NCBI GenBank assembly: GCA_963801165.1
Contig: CAWDDT010000007.1
Coordinates: 128,001-192,000 of the forward strand
Origin: an uncultured bacterium
GTDB taxonomy: Bacteria; Actinomycetota; Acidimicrobiia; Spongiisociales; UBA5794
Length of the DNA: 64,000 nt
Direction of reading: 5' to 3'
Shown: piece after piece, positions 1-8,389 of the stretch
How positions within the stretch are numbered: the stretch's first letter is position 1
Layout of the letters: every line of letters starts with the position of its first letter
Program-made: the position numbers and the translations under genes
The notes under the pieces: generated by a model
What the model was told of the DNA's origin: nothing
Database searches by the model: none
What the model saw: only the letters and a program-made list of their open reading frames with translations

Positions 1-572
1 CTGATCCGCACGTCGCCGTCGGGTGCGTAGCGTTCTATGTTCTGGACCAGGTTGGTAGCAATCTGCATGATCAGTTGTGGATCGCCGACGGCCATTGCCT
101 GGTGACCGCCCGAGATGTAGCACCGGGGCGCCACTTTGGGCGAGCGGGCGATCGCCTTGCCAACCAGGGTAAAGAGATTTGTCGGCACGGCCTCCGGGGA
201 GAGGATGGCGCGATCGAGCCGCGATCGAGCATGCAGGTTGTTGACCACATGCAGGAGGTGGTTTGCGTCGCTGTGCGCCCCGACCAGCAACTCGTCGACC
301 TCCGACGGCTCGAGCGGCATGGTGGGGTCGGTGAGCAGCTCCAAGGTTCCGAGGATGCCGGTGAGCGGGGTACGAAGCTCGTGAGAGACCTCGGCGATGA
401 GATCGGTCTGCTCGGGCCCCTCGTTGCGGGCCATGATCGCCCCGAATGCGGTAGCGATGGTGGCTGCATTCACCAGGATCGTCACGGGACCGGGGGCGCC
501 GAACACCACGGCGAGCAGCCCGACGGCCGCCAGGCACACCGTCAGAATCTCAAGCGCATGGTTGGTTCGCAA
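1..572 (-). CDS. Sensor histidine kinase (3' end runs off the window)
   Basis: Manual minus-strand translation (absent from ORF track because no stop in window): TTG start at 572, two hydrophobic segments, H-box IAEVSHELRTPLTGILGTLELL, N-box IATNLVQNIERY. Confidence 0.8.
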   Translation of the reverse strand, partial: MRTNHALEILTVCLAAVGLLAVVFGAPGPVTILVNAATIATAFGAIMARNEGPEQTDLIAEVSHELRTPLTGILGTLELLTDPTMPLEPSEVDELLVGAHSDANHLLHVVNNLHARSRLDRAILSPEAVPTNLFTLVGKAIARSPKVAPRCYISGGHQAMAVGDPQLIMQIATNLVQNIERYAPDGDVRI

Positions 573-633
573 GGATCCCCCTGAAACGTCAGCTCATATG
601 ACTATCGGCACATGGCGCGTCTGGTTGAGCGGA

Positions 634-1332
634 TCAGATCTCGGTGAGACAGTCCCCACCGGGGTGCACGTGGGGGGTTACGACCGGGGTTCCCGCGGCG
701 TTGGCCGACTCGAGCAGACCGGCAACGATCCCCTGATCGAGTTTGCAGACGAGTTCGGGGTGCTTGGATGCGGTGGCACCGAACGGGCAGAAGCTGGTGA
801 CGATGCGCCGTTCAGCCGTGTCGGCCTCGCTACCGAAGCCGACGCCCAGCATCACACGGGCGACGGCCTGCACCGCCGTTTCGAAGCCCGAATCTCGTGC
901 CAGGCCTACTTCTGCCGCCAACTCCCGACCGTACTCACGGCCGATGTCCTCGGCGAGCTCGCCGGCTGTGTCCGGAGCGAGCCGCTCGACCATGCGCGCC
1001 AGGAGCTCCGCAAGCAGGTCGTAACGTCGCAACGGGAACTGGACCGAGATCTCCTTGGCGGTTGTCTCGTAGTACTTGGCCGGTCGTCCGGCTCCCGGCC
1101 CGCGCCGCTCGGTGCGTTGCAGCGTGGTCACTTGAAGGTACCCGTCGCTGACCAGACGGTCGAGATGGTGACGGGCGACGTTGACGTGAATGTGGAAGAG
1201 GTCGGCAATCTGCGCTGCCGTCACCGGCTCGATGGACTCGCGGACCGTGATGTAGATGCCGCGTCTGGTGGCATCGCCCAGGGTTGCCGCCAGGTCACCG
1301 ATCTGCCGGCTCATCTCACTTGTGTCGATCAT
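634..1332 (-). CDS. HTH transcriptional regulator, SufR-like/ArsR-related
   Basis: LGDATRRGIY...VTAAQIADLFHIHVNVARHHLDRL wHTH, GRPAKYY wing, C-terminal FCPF-x-C...C; start uncertain (ORF extends to 1371). Confidence 0.8.
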   Translation of the reverse strand: MIDTSEMSRQIGDLAATLGDATRRGIYITVRESIEPVTAAQIADLFHIHVNVARHHLDRLVSDGYLQVTTLQRTERRGPGAGRPAKYYETTAKEISVQFPLRRYDLLAELLARMVERLAPDTAGELAEDIGREYGRELAAEVGLARDSGFETAVQAVARVMLGVGFGSEADTAERRIVTSFCPFGATASKHPELVCKLDQGIVAGLLESANAAGTPVVTPHVHPGGDCLTEI

Positions 1333-1405
1333 GACGGGCTCCGCGCGATGGGGGATTGGCGGGTTCCACACTCACTATAGTTTCTATCCACTACGCGCAT
1401 AGGAG

Positions 1406-2515
1406 ATGGTGTCCGTGATCGATGTCGCAGCTTTGCGTGCCGCGATAGGCCAGGTAGAGGATCCCGAGATCCATCGCAGCCTCGAAGAACTCAACATGTT
1501 GCGTGACCTCGCGGTCGATGATGACGGCTCGGTACGCGCCCTTGTTGCTCTGACGATTCCCGGCTGTCCTCTGAAGGACCAGCTGACGAGGGACGTCACC
1601 GCAGCTGCAATGAGCGTTTCCGGTGTCACCAACGTGAGCGTGTCGTTCACTTCGATGACCGACGCGGAGCGCAACGAGCTGACCGCGAATCTGCGAGGTG
1701 GCGTCGAGCCGGCGACGATCCCGATTGCTCGGGCGGGGAGCCCCACCCGGGTCATCGCGGTCTCATCAGGCAAGGGCGGCGTCGGGAAGTCGTCGGTGAC
1801 CACCAACCTCGCGGTCGCTCTGGCTGCTGCCGGCAGTAGCGTCGGCGTCATGGATGCAGACGTGTGGGGCTTCTCCATCCCGCGCATGCTCGGTATCGAT
1901 CGACCACCGACCATCGTGGACGAAGTGCTCTTTCCCCCAGAGATACACGGGGTCAAAGCAATGTCGATGGATTTCTTCGTACCCGACGACCAGGCGGTCA
2001 TCTGGCGGGGGCCCATGCTGCACAAGGCCATGGAGCAATTCCTCGCAGATGTCCACTGGGACGATCCCGACTACCTTCTCGTCGACATGCCGCCGGGAAC
2101 GGGCGACATCTCGATCTCGCTGTCGCAGTTCCTGCCGATGGCACAGGCGCTGATCGTCACCACGCCGCAGATAACCGCACAGCGGGTAGCGAAGCGGGCA
2201 GGTCTCATGGCGAAAAAGGTCAATCAGGAGATTCTCGGGGTGGTCGAGAACATGTCCTGGTTCACCGGGGATGACGGGAAGCGCTACCCGATCTTTGGCG
2301 AGGGCGGAGGCCAGGCGCTCGCCGACGAACTCGATGTTCCGCTGCTGGCCAGGATCCCGCTGGTCGCCGAGATGCGTTCGGCGGCCGACGCAGGTGCGCC
2401 GATTGCGGTCGCCCAGCCCCATAGCGAAGCCGCCGAGGCGTTCGCCGCCCTGGCCGACGAGATCGAGAAGCGCAAGCCCCGGCTGAGAAGTCATCCGCAG
2501 CTAGTGATCAACTGA
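1406..2515 (+). CDS. mrp: Mrp/NBP35 family ATP-binding Fe-S carrier protein
   Basis: N-terminal DPEI...GCP domain, SGKGGVGKS deviant Walker A, DADVWG, WRGPM, DMPPGTGD, VENMS. Confidence 0.95.
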   Translation: MVSVIDVAALRAAIGQVEDPEIHRSLEELNMLRDLAVDDDGSVRALVALTIPGCPLKDQLTRDVTAAAMSVSGVTNVSVSFTSMTDAERNELTANLRGGVEPATIPIARAGSPTRVIAVSSGKGGVGKSSVTTNLAVALAAAGSSVGVMDADVWGFSIPRMLGIDRPPTIVDEVLFPPEIHGVKAMSMDFFVPDDQAVIWRGPMLHKAMEQFLADVHWDDPDYLLVDMPPGTGDISISLSQFLPMAQALIVTTPQITAQRVAKRAGLMAKKVNQEILGVVENMSWFTGDDGKRYPIFGEGGGQALADELDVPLLARIPLVAEMRSAADAGAPIAVAQPHSEAAEAFAALADEIEKRKPRLRSHPQLVIN

Positions 2516-2553
2516 GCGCCCAACCGCTACGATTCGGCGCAGAACGAGACAGG

Positions 2554-2790
2554 ATGGATGACATGAGCGACGGCGGGAAGCTCCGCATCGGAATCGATGG
2601 GGCACGCGAGTTGGCGATGGAAGTCGAGAACCTCGATGAGACCGTATCGAACCTGGAGAAGGGCCTCGCCGCCGGCGCTGCGCTGATCTGGCTGACCAAT
2701 CGGCAGGGAGCACGCTATGGAGTCGTTGCTGCCCGCGTGGCTTTCGTCGAGGTGGAGCGTGCTGCCGATCGATCCGTCGGATTCGGCTAG
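2554..2790 (+). CDS. DUF3107-like small protein
   Basis: LRIGIDGARELAME...RVAFVEVE...RSVGFG pattern typical of this actinobacterial family. Confidence 0.7.
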   Translation: MDDMSDGGKLRIGIDGARELAMEVENLDETVSNLEKGLAAGAALIWLTNRQGARYGVVAARVAFVEVERAADRSVGFG

Positions 2791-2873
2791 ACCGCGCCGA
2801 GGAATCTCTCAGAATTAGCAACGGCCCCGGGATCGCCCGGGGCCGTTGCCGTGTAGCTATGCGTCTAGGACGG

Positions 2874-3854
2874 CTACTTCTCGTCTGTGGCAGGTTCGGG
2901 TTCCTTCCGATCGGCCATGAAGCTCCATGCTCCACACACGATGATCAACAACCCGGCGACCAGGACCACGAGGGCGATCGGGTTGAGCGCCGTGTCCTTG
3001 ATTGTGTTGTAGTTGTCGAGCTGGCTGTCGAATGCCGTCACGAGGGCCTGGAACCGGCCCTTCATCTCGGGGAGATTCTGGAGTGCAGCAGCCGTGGCGG
3101 GGAACTGGCTCAGGAAGCCCTGCATCGTCGCTTCGTCCATGCCCAGCTGCTGGCTGAGGGCAGGCAACATCTGGGTGCTCATCTGATCGCCCATCGCACC
3201 GACCACACCGAGCGATTGGGTGGCTCCGGCTACGAGCTGCTCGTTGTACACGGGCTTGAGCGCCGCGTTCATGTCATCAGCGGCTGCCGACTTGGGCAAA
3301 AAGGAGAGCCCGACAGTGAAGACGACCACCAGAACACCGAATCCGACCGCGATCAGCCAGGCGAACCGGGTTCGGCGCCACATGATGACGGATACGACGA
3401 CCGCACCGACGCCGATGAGCAGGATGATCCAGGGCACCGTAGTTGCCGGCAGACTGCTCGTCGGGATGGCGTCGGCAGACTCGAAGTTCGACTGCTGCTC
3501 TCCCAGGAGGTTCACGACTCCGGTGAACTGCGGGACGATGTCGGGCAGAGCCGCCACGCCGGCCGCAACTGCGGGAAAGTTGGTCCCGAGGAACGCGTTC
3601 AGGTCCGCGGGGCTCATCTGCAGCGCCCCCGCCAGCGCCGGCGCCACCTGATTGCTGAACTCGTCACTCACGTCACCCAACGCCTTGACGTCGGCCTTGG
3701 CCGCGTCGATCGACGCGGTGGTCATGATGGGGCGAAACTCGTCGGTCAGCTGCTCGAAGGAGCTGCCCACCGTGAATAGATTGTTGGCGAACAATACGAT
3801 CAGCACGATTACGCCGATCGCAAGCACACCGAATGCGGGTAACCGCTTGCTCAT
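2874..3854 (-). CDS. Hypothetical membrane protein with internal duplication
   Basis: AGGAGGAG SD before MSKRL; 4 hydrophobic segments; two similar helical extracytoplasmic halves. Confidence 0.75.
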   Translation of the reverse strand: MSKRLPAFGVLAIGVIVLIVLFANNLFTVGSSFEQLTDEFRPIMTTASIDAAKADVKALGDVSDEFSNQVAPALAGALQMSPADLNAFLGTNFPAVAAGVAALPDIVPQFTGVVNLLGEQQSNFESADAIPTSSLPATTVPWIILLIGVGAVVVSVIMWRRTRFAWLIAVGFGVLVVVFTVGLSFLPKSAAADDMNAALKPVYNEQLVAGATQSLGVVGAMGDQMSTQMLPALSQQLGMDEATMQGFLSQFPATAAALQNLPEMKGRFQALVTAFDSQLDNYNTIKDTALNPIALVVLVAGLLIIVCGAWSFMADRKEPEPATDEK

Positions 3855-4054
3855 CTTCTCCTCCTCCTGCGCATCGACCGGATCTGATGCTGACGGCTCA
3901 TTGTTGCACCGTGACACCCGGTCGTGCTGAGATCTTCCTCGTTCCTACCAGGGATACCAGCACATTCGGAGGCAGGCATGTAAGGGCCGGATGGCCCAGG
4001 GGTTCGGGACGATTCCCAAAAAGGGTGCGGTTTGGCGGGAAGGGAGGCGGTGTC

Positions 4055-4342
4055 CTAGGAGGCCCGGCGCTCGGCTTCCTGACGACGGCGGCGGCGGTCG
4101 GCGAGCCAGCGCTTGCGGAGACGGCGCCGCTCTTCCTCGGGGTATCCGCCCCATACACCGGATTCCTGGTTGGTTTCGAGGGCGTATTGGAGGCATTCTT
4201 CGCCCACCGAGCATGCCGAGCAGATGGCCCGAGCCCGTTCGATGTGACCAACGGCGGGTCCAGTTGTACCGATCGGGAAGAAGACTTCCGGATCGCTGTC
4301 TCTACAGGCTGAGAGTTCGCGCCAGTCGGTCAGTGTGAGCAT
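4055..4342 (-). CDS. whiB1: WhiB family Fe-S transcriptional regulator (WhiB1/WblE type)
   Basis: DWRELSACRDSDPEVFFPIGTTGPA, CxxC, C, GVWGG motif, basic C-terminus. Confidence 0.9.
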   Translation of the reverse strand: MLTLTDWRELSACRDSDPEVFFPIGTTGPAVGHIERARAICSACSVGEECLQYALETNQESGVWGGYPEEERRRLRKRWLADRRRRRQEAERRAS

Positions 4343-4377
4343 GCTTTATTGCCTCGTTCCTCGTCCCCTCTTGTGAA

Positions 4378-4393
4378 TGTGAACGCATTCACA
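4378..4393. promoter_or_regulatory. CRP-consensus site upstream of whiB1
   Basis: TGTGA-ACGCAT-TCACA, exact TGTGA-N6-TCACA, within a 10-bp inverted repeat 4370-4395; TTGACA on minus strand at 4401-4406. Confidence 0.65.
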
Positions 4394-4585
4394 AGGTGTA
4401 TGTCAATAGAAAGGCACCGGAATAAACATAGGTAACCTCGAATGCGCAGTCTAAGGCGATGTAACGGCGCGCTTCAAGAGGTATTTTGGCCCCCCTCGGT
4501 CGGGACCCCGGTCGGGACCTCGCCGACCTGCTCCTGTGGAACTGCTGCGGGCTACTGTGCAAGGAGCAGAGAAACGGAGTTGTCG

Positions 4586-5041
4586 ATGGCAATACGAGAA
4601 GAGCTCGTCGCCGAGCTGAGGGATGCCATCAAGACCCGCGACAAGGCTCGCAGCAACGCGATCCGGCAGATCGAGACCGACGTGGCGATCGCCAAGTCGG
4701 CTCCGGGCTTCTCCGGCGAAGTCGACGATGGGTTCTATCAGAAGGCCATCGCCTCCTACGTGAAGAAGATGGAGAAAGCCCGGGCAGAGTATGCCGCAGC
4801 GGGTGCGCGCGGCGCCGAGCAGGAGGCCATACTCGCCTTCGAGGTTGAGTACCTGTCGCAGTGGCTCCCCAAGCTCCCCGGTGAGGACGAGACCAGGGAC
4901 ATCGTGAGGCGGGCTATCGCCGAGCTGGGCGTCGCCGATCCCAAGATGGCGGGTCGGGTCACCGGGCACGTCATGAAGTCGGGCCAGCAGCTCGATGGTG
5001 GGTTGGTGAATCGTCTCGTGCGTGAGGAGCTCGAGGGTTGA
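4586..5041 (+). CDS. GatB/YqeY domain protein
   Basis: IREELVAELRDAIKTRDK...EVEYLSQWLPK...MAGRVTGHVMK...DGGLVNRLVRE; GGAG SD before ATG 4586. Confidence 0.85.
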   Translation: MAIREELVAELRDAIKTRDKARSNAIRQIETDVAIAKSAPGFSGEVDDGFYQKAIASYVKKMEKARAEYAAAGARGAEQEAILAFEVEYLSQWLPKLPGEDETRDIVRRAIAELGVADPKMAGRVTGHVMKSGQQLDGGLVNRLVREELEG

Positions 5042-6006
5042 ACGATCCCGGGCACGGTTCGCTCGGCGACCTCGCGCCCATGCTGGCCACGCCCTGGCCG
5101 GCTCCGTTTGACGACGACGAGTGGGTGTTCGAGCTCAAATGGGACGGGGTGCGGTGCATTGCGACCTCGCCGGGACCAGGGGGCCTCCGTCTCCGCAGCC
5201 GCCGTGGCAACGACATGACCAGCCGCTATCCGGAGCTGGCGGGCGTTGCGCTACCGGAGGGGCTCGTTCTCGACGGCGAGATCGTTGCCCTCGATGCCGG
5301 GGGCCATCCGTCATTCGAGCGTCTCCAGAGCCGCATGAACCGGGTGCCGGGTGTGGCGGAGACGCCGGTTCCGATCACTTACGTGGTCTTCGACCTGGTC
5401 GCCGACGGGGTCTCGTTGTTGCGAGCGCCCCTCGAGGAACGTACCGGCAGGCTGTCATCGCTGACGCTGCCCCCTCCGATGGTCGTCACCGATCGGTTCC
5501 CGGGGCGTGCCGGTGGTGTGTGGCAGTTCGTTGTGGAGAACGATCTCGAGGGCATCGTCGCCAAGCGTCTCGGCAGCGTCTACCAGCCCGGCGTCCGGTC
5601 ACCCGACTGGCGCAAGATCGGCAACTTCAAGCAGATGCGTGCCGTGGTGGGCGGTTTCACCCAGGGCACGGGCGGACGGACGACATCCTTCGGGGCGCTG
5701 CTCCTCGGACTGTACGAAGGGGCCGCACTGCGTTGGATCGGTGCGGTCGGCTCCGGGTTCGGCGACAAGGCGTTGCACGCCATCCGCGGCGCCCTCGACG
5801 AGATGACCGTCGCCGAGTGCCCGTTCGAGCTCGATCCCGAGCTGCCGAAGGGATCGCGCTGGGTGCAACCGAGGTTGGTGGCGATGGTGCGCTTCAAGCA
5901 GTGGACCGCGGCCGGCAGGGTGCGCGCTCCGTCCTTCCTCGGGTTCACCGACGACCCGGCGGAATTGGTCACCTGGGACAGCGAGGGGCCCGCAGCCGGG
6001 GCGTGA
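5038..6006 (+). CDS. ligD: ATP-dependent DNA ligase (LigD ligase domain only)
   Basis: PMLAT, ELKWDGVR adenylation motif, LDGEIVA, FDL, EGIVAKRLGSVYQPGVRSPDWRK, VGSGF, RAPSFLG. Confidence 0.88.
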   Translation: MNDPGHGSLGDLAPMLATPWPAPFDDDEWVFELKWDGVRCIATSPGPGGLRLRSRRGNDMTSRYPELAGVALPEGLVLDGEIVALDAGGHPSFERLQSRMNRVPGVAETPVPITYVVFDLVADGVSLLRAPLEERTGRLSSLTLPPPMVVTDRFPGRAGGVWQFVVENDLEGIVAKRLGSVYQPGVRSPDWRKIGNFKQMRAVVGGFTQGTGGRTTSFGALLLGLYEGAALRWIGAVGSGFGDKALHAIRGALDEMTVAECPFELDPELPKGSRWVQPRLVAMVRFKQWTAAGRVRAPSFLGFTDDPAELVTWDSEGPAAGA

Positions 6007-6085
6007 TGTCCGAACGGCACGGGATCGTCGTCAGATCGCGAAAACCAGGCTTCAAGAATGTTGGGATGTTTGGCGATACGAAAAC

Positions 6086-6250
6086 ATGGTCGCCCTGCAA
6101 GCCATAGTGACAGCTATCACGATAACTCTGGTGTTGGCTGCGACCCGACTGACGCTCGAGATCGAATTCATCGACGCAAATCGGCTCGACGGTGCTGCCC
6201 CGGAAATCGGGGCGCAGGCCACCATCACCATCCTCCCAACGGACTCCTGA
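6086..6250 (+). CDS. Possible small hypothetical protein (54 aa)
   Basis: MVALQAIVTAITITLVLAATRL... hydrophobic N-terminus, fills the ligD-ku gap; no recognised family. Confidence 0.25.
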   Translation: MVALQAIVTAITITLVLAATRLTLEIEFIDANRLDGAAPEIGAQATITILPTDS

Positions 6251-6289
6251 GCCTGTTGCCACGGTTCCGCACGGTGAGATCCGGGGGCG

Positions 6290-7072
6290 TCAGACCGCCT
6301 TCTTCTCCTTGGTGGCTTCGACGCTCGCTCGCAGCGCCTCCATGAGATCGACGACGCCGGTCGCCTCGGGCACGTCGGGCACCACGATCTGCTGACCCTC
6401 GACTTTGGCGGCTGCTGCGGCTTCCACCGCCTCTCGCGATTCGTCGTGCCATGCCGATGGATCGAAGGACCCGGAGAGGTTGTCGATGATCATCGTCGCC
6501 ATCTTGACCTCCTCGTCCCTGACCTCGACCTCTTCGTCGAGCATCTCGAAACGGGGTTCTCTGATCTCGTCCGGCCAGTACATGGTCTCGAGGATGATCA
6601 CGCCCTCTTCGGCCCGCAGGGTGGCCAGGTACTCGCGTTCACGGATGGCGACTTTGGCCACCCCGACCATGTCCTTTTCCTCAAGGCCGGCAAGAAGTAG
6701 CCGGTAGGCCTTGACCCCGGACTTCTCCGGTGCGAGGTAGTACGAGGACTGGAAGTAGATCGGATCGATCTCGGAGCGGTCGACGAACTGCACCACGTCG
6801 ACGATGCCGCCGGTGAGACCCTTCATTATCTCCTGGAGCTCCTCGCCGGTGAAAACGACGTAGCGCTCCTTGTCGATCTCATATCCCTTGACGATGTTTT
6901 CGTTCGGCACTTCTTCGCCGTCCGCCTCAGCGACCTTCTTGTAGCGGATCCTGGAGTGGTCCGAGTCGCGAAGTTGGCGGAAAGACGGGCGCTTGTTCTC
7001 CGTGGCCGCATAGAGACCGACCGGGATCGTCACCAGTCCAAACGATATGGCACCTTTCCAGATGGGGCGCAT
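6290..7072 (-). CDS. ku: Non-homologous end joining protein Ku
   Basis: MRPIWKGAISFGLVTIPVGLYAAT, IDPIYFQSSYYLAP, MYWPDEIR, VVDLMEALRASV. Confidence 0.96.
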   Translation of the reverse strand: MRPIWKGAISFGLVTIPVGLYAATENKRPSFRQLRDSDHSRIRYKKVAEADGEEVPNENIVKGYEIDKERYVVFTGEELQEIMKGLTGGIVDVVQFVDRSEIDPIYFQSSYYLAPEKSGVKAYRLLLAGLEEKDMVGVAKVAIREREYLATLRAEEGVIILETMYWPDEIREPRFEMLDEEVEVRDEEVKMATMIIDNLSGSFDPSAWHDESREAVEAAAAAKVEGQQIVVPDVPEATGVVDLMEALRASVEATKEKKAV

Positions 7073-7163
7073 GCAGACCTCCAGTTCGCGAAAACACTAG
7101 CTGGTGGCAATGGTGTTGGGGTACGCCGGTGTTGCGTACACTCGCTCCGCAACGACGGAGGAA

Positions 7164-7937
7164 GTGTTGCTCGATAGGTTGCTGTCCCCACTCGAGCTCG
7201 ACACCCGGGAAGATGCCGTGGCCGATCGAATGGCCTTCATCGTCATCATCACCGGGACCTTGCTCCTATACGTCTTCCGCTACTGGGGACGGCCCGAGTA
7301 CTTTCTCCGGTCGGGCATGGTCGACTGGGTCTCGAGCGGCCTCGGCGGTCCGCTGGAGACCCACCCCGGCGTCGGTGCGTATCTCTACTGGGGTGCGACG
7401 TCTCTGGCTCTGCGCACGCTGGTGCCGGCCGGGGTGATCGCCTGGGTCATCAGGGAGTCTCCTCGAGACTGGGGTTTCCGGCTCCGGGGCATTCGCAGGC
7501 ATTTCCGCGTATACGGAGTCATGTACCTGGTGATGTTCCCGGTCTTGTTCTGGGCGTCGGGTTTCGCCAGCTTCCGCAGCTACTACCCGTTTTACAAGCA
7601 GGCGGCCGATGGCGGGTCGGCGTTCTGGCTCTACGAGATCGGCTACGCCTTTCAGTTCGTCGGTATCGAGGCGTTCTTCAGAGGGTTCCTGACATTCGGG
7701 TTGACGAAGCGGTTCGGTGTCCTGGGGATCGCCATCATGACCGTCCCGTACACGATGATCCACTTCGGTAAACCCGCCCCTGAAGCGTTTGCCGCGATCA
7801 TCGCCGGCTATGTGCTCGGCTACCTGGCCTTGAGGTCAAAGAGCTTCGTGCCCGGCATCTTCCTCCACGTCGGCGTCGCGGTAACGATGGACGTCCTGGT
7901 GCTGTGGCGGGCAGGCGCCCTGGGGAGGTTGCTGTAG
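7164..7937 (+). CDS. CPBP/Abi (CAAX-type) intramembrane metalloprotease
   Basis: EAFFRGFL, H in MIHFGKP, IFLH; multi-TM; GGAGGA before GTG 7164 (ORF extends to 7104). Confidence 0.85.
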   Translation: MLLDRLLSPLELDTREDAVADRMAFIVIITGTLLLYVFRYWGRPEYFLRSGMVDWVSSGLGGPLETHPGVGAYLYWGATSLALRTLVPAGVIAWVIRESPRDWGFRLRGIRRHFRVYGVMYLVMFPVLFWASGFASFRSYYPFYKQAADGGSAFWLYEIGYAFQFVGIEAFFRGFLTFGLTKRFGVLGIAIMTVPYTMIHFGKPAPEAFAAIIAGYVLGYLALRSKSFVPGIFLHVGVAVTMDVLVLWRAGALGRLL

Positions 7938-7997
7938 GTGCGAGGTTGAGCGTTTCACATTTTCTGTGAGCTGGAGTTCTGTGAGCTGGGAGCAAAT

Positions 7998-8077
7998 AGC
8001 GATCCCCCATTTCGGGGGGATCGGCCCGGCGTAGCCTGGACGAGGGGGTCTGGCCCCGCCCTCCCGCCAGGGGAGGG
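7998..8077 (+). repeat. Isolated copy of the palindromic intergenic element
   Basis: GATCCCCCATTTCGGGGGGATC hairpin (reverse complement of the 32.9/54.5 kb module), second hairpin with C-GTA-G loop, AGGGGG tract, then GCCCTCCC-GCCA-GGGAGGGC. Confidence 0.7.
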
Positions 8078-8176
8078 CTGCTACTGCAGATACCGTGGAC
8101 TGAGGATTTGCGGCGAAAGGCACCGCCGGCGTGGCCGGGGTAGGGGACGCCACATTCGGCGGCGGGACTATCACAG

Positions 8177-8213
8177 AAGTGCCCAGGAAAGTGCCCCAGG
8201 AAAGTGCCCCAGG
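8177..8213 (-). repeat. Tandem triplication of the tRNA 3' end (13-bp unit)
   Basis: AAGTGCCC(C)AGGA x3; the third copy overlaps the tRNA acceptor end. Confidence 0.8.
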
Positions 8214-8276
8214 CAGGAATCGAACCTGCGCACCCGGCTCCGGAGGCCGGTGCTCTATCCCCTGAGCTACTGGGGC
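8205..8276 (-). tRNA. tRNA-Arg(CCG)
   Basis: GCCCCAG-TAGCTCAGGGGATAGAGCA-CCGGC-CTCCGGA-GCCGG-...GGTTCGATTCC...CTGGGGC-A cloverleaf; CCA not encoded. Confidence 0.95.
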
Positions 8277-8389
8277 GCAGTGGGGAGTGTACCAAGCCGA
8301 AGGTACTGTCGGCCGAACGAAGGTTCTTGGCCCCGGGCCTATCCTTGCACGGCCCACCAACAGGAACGCCCCGCTAACAGGAAACCCTG

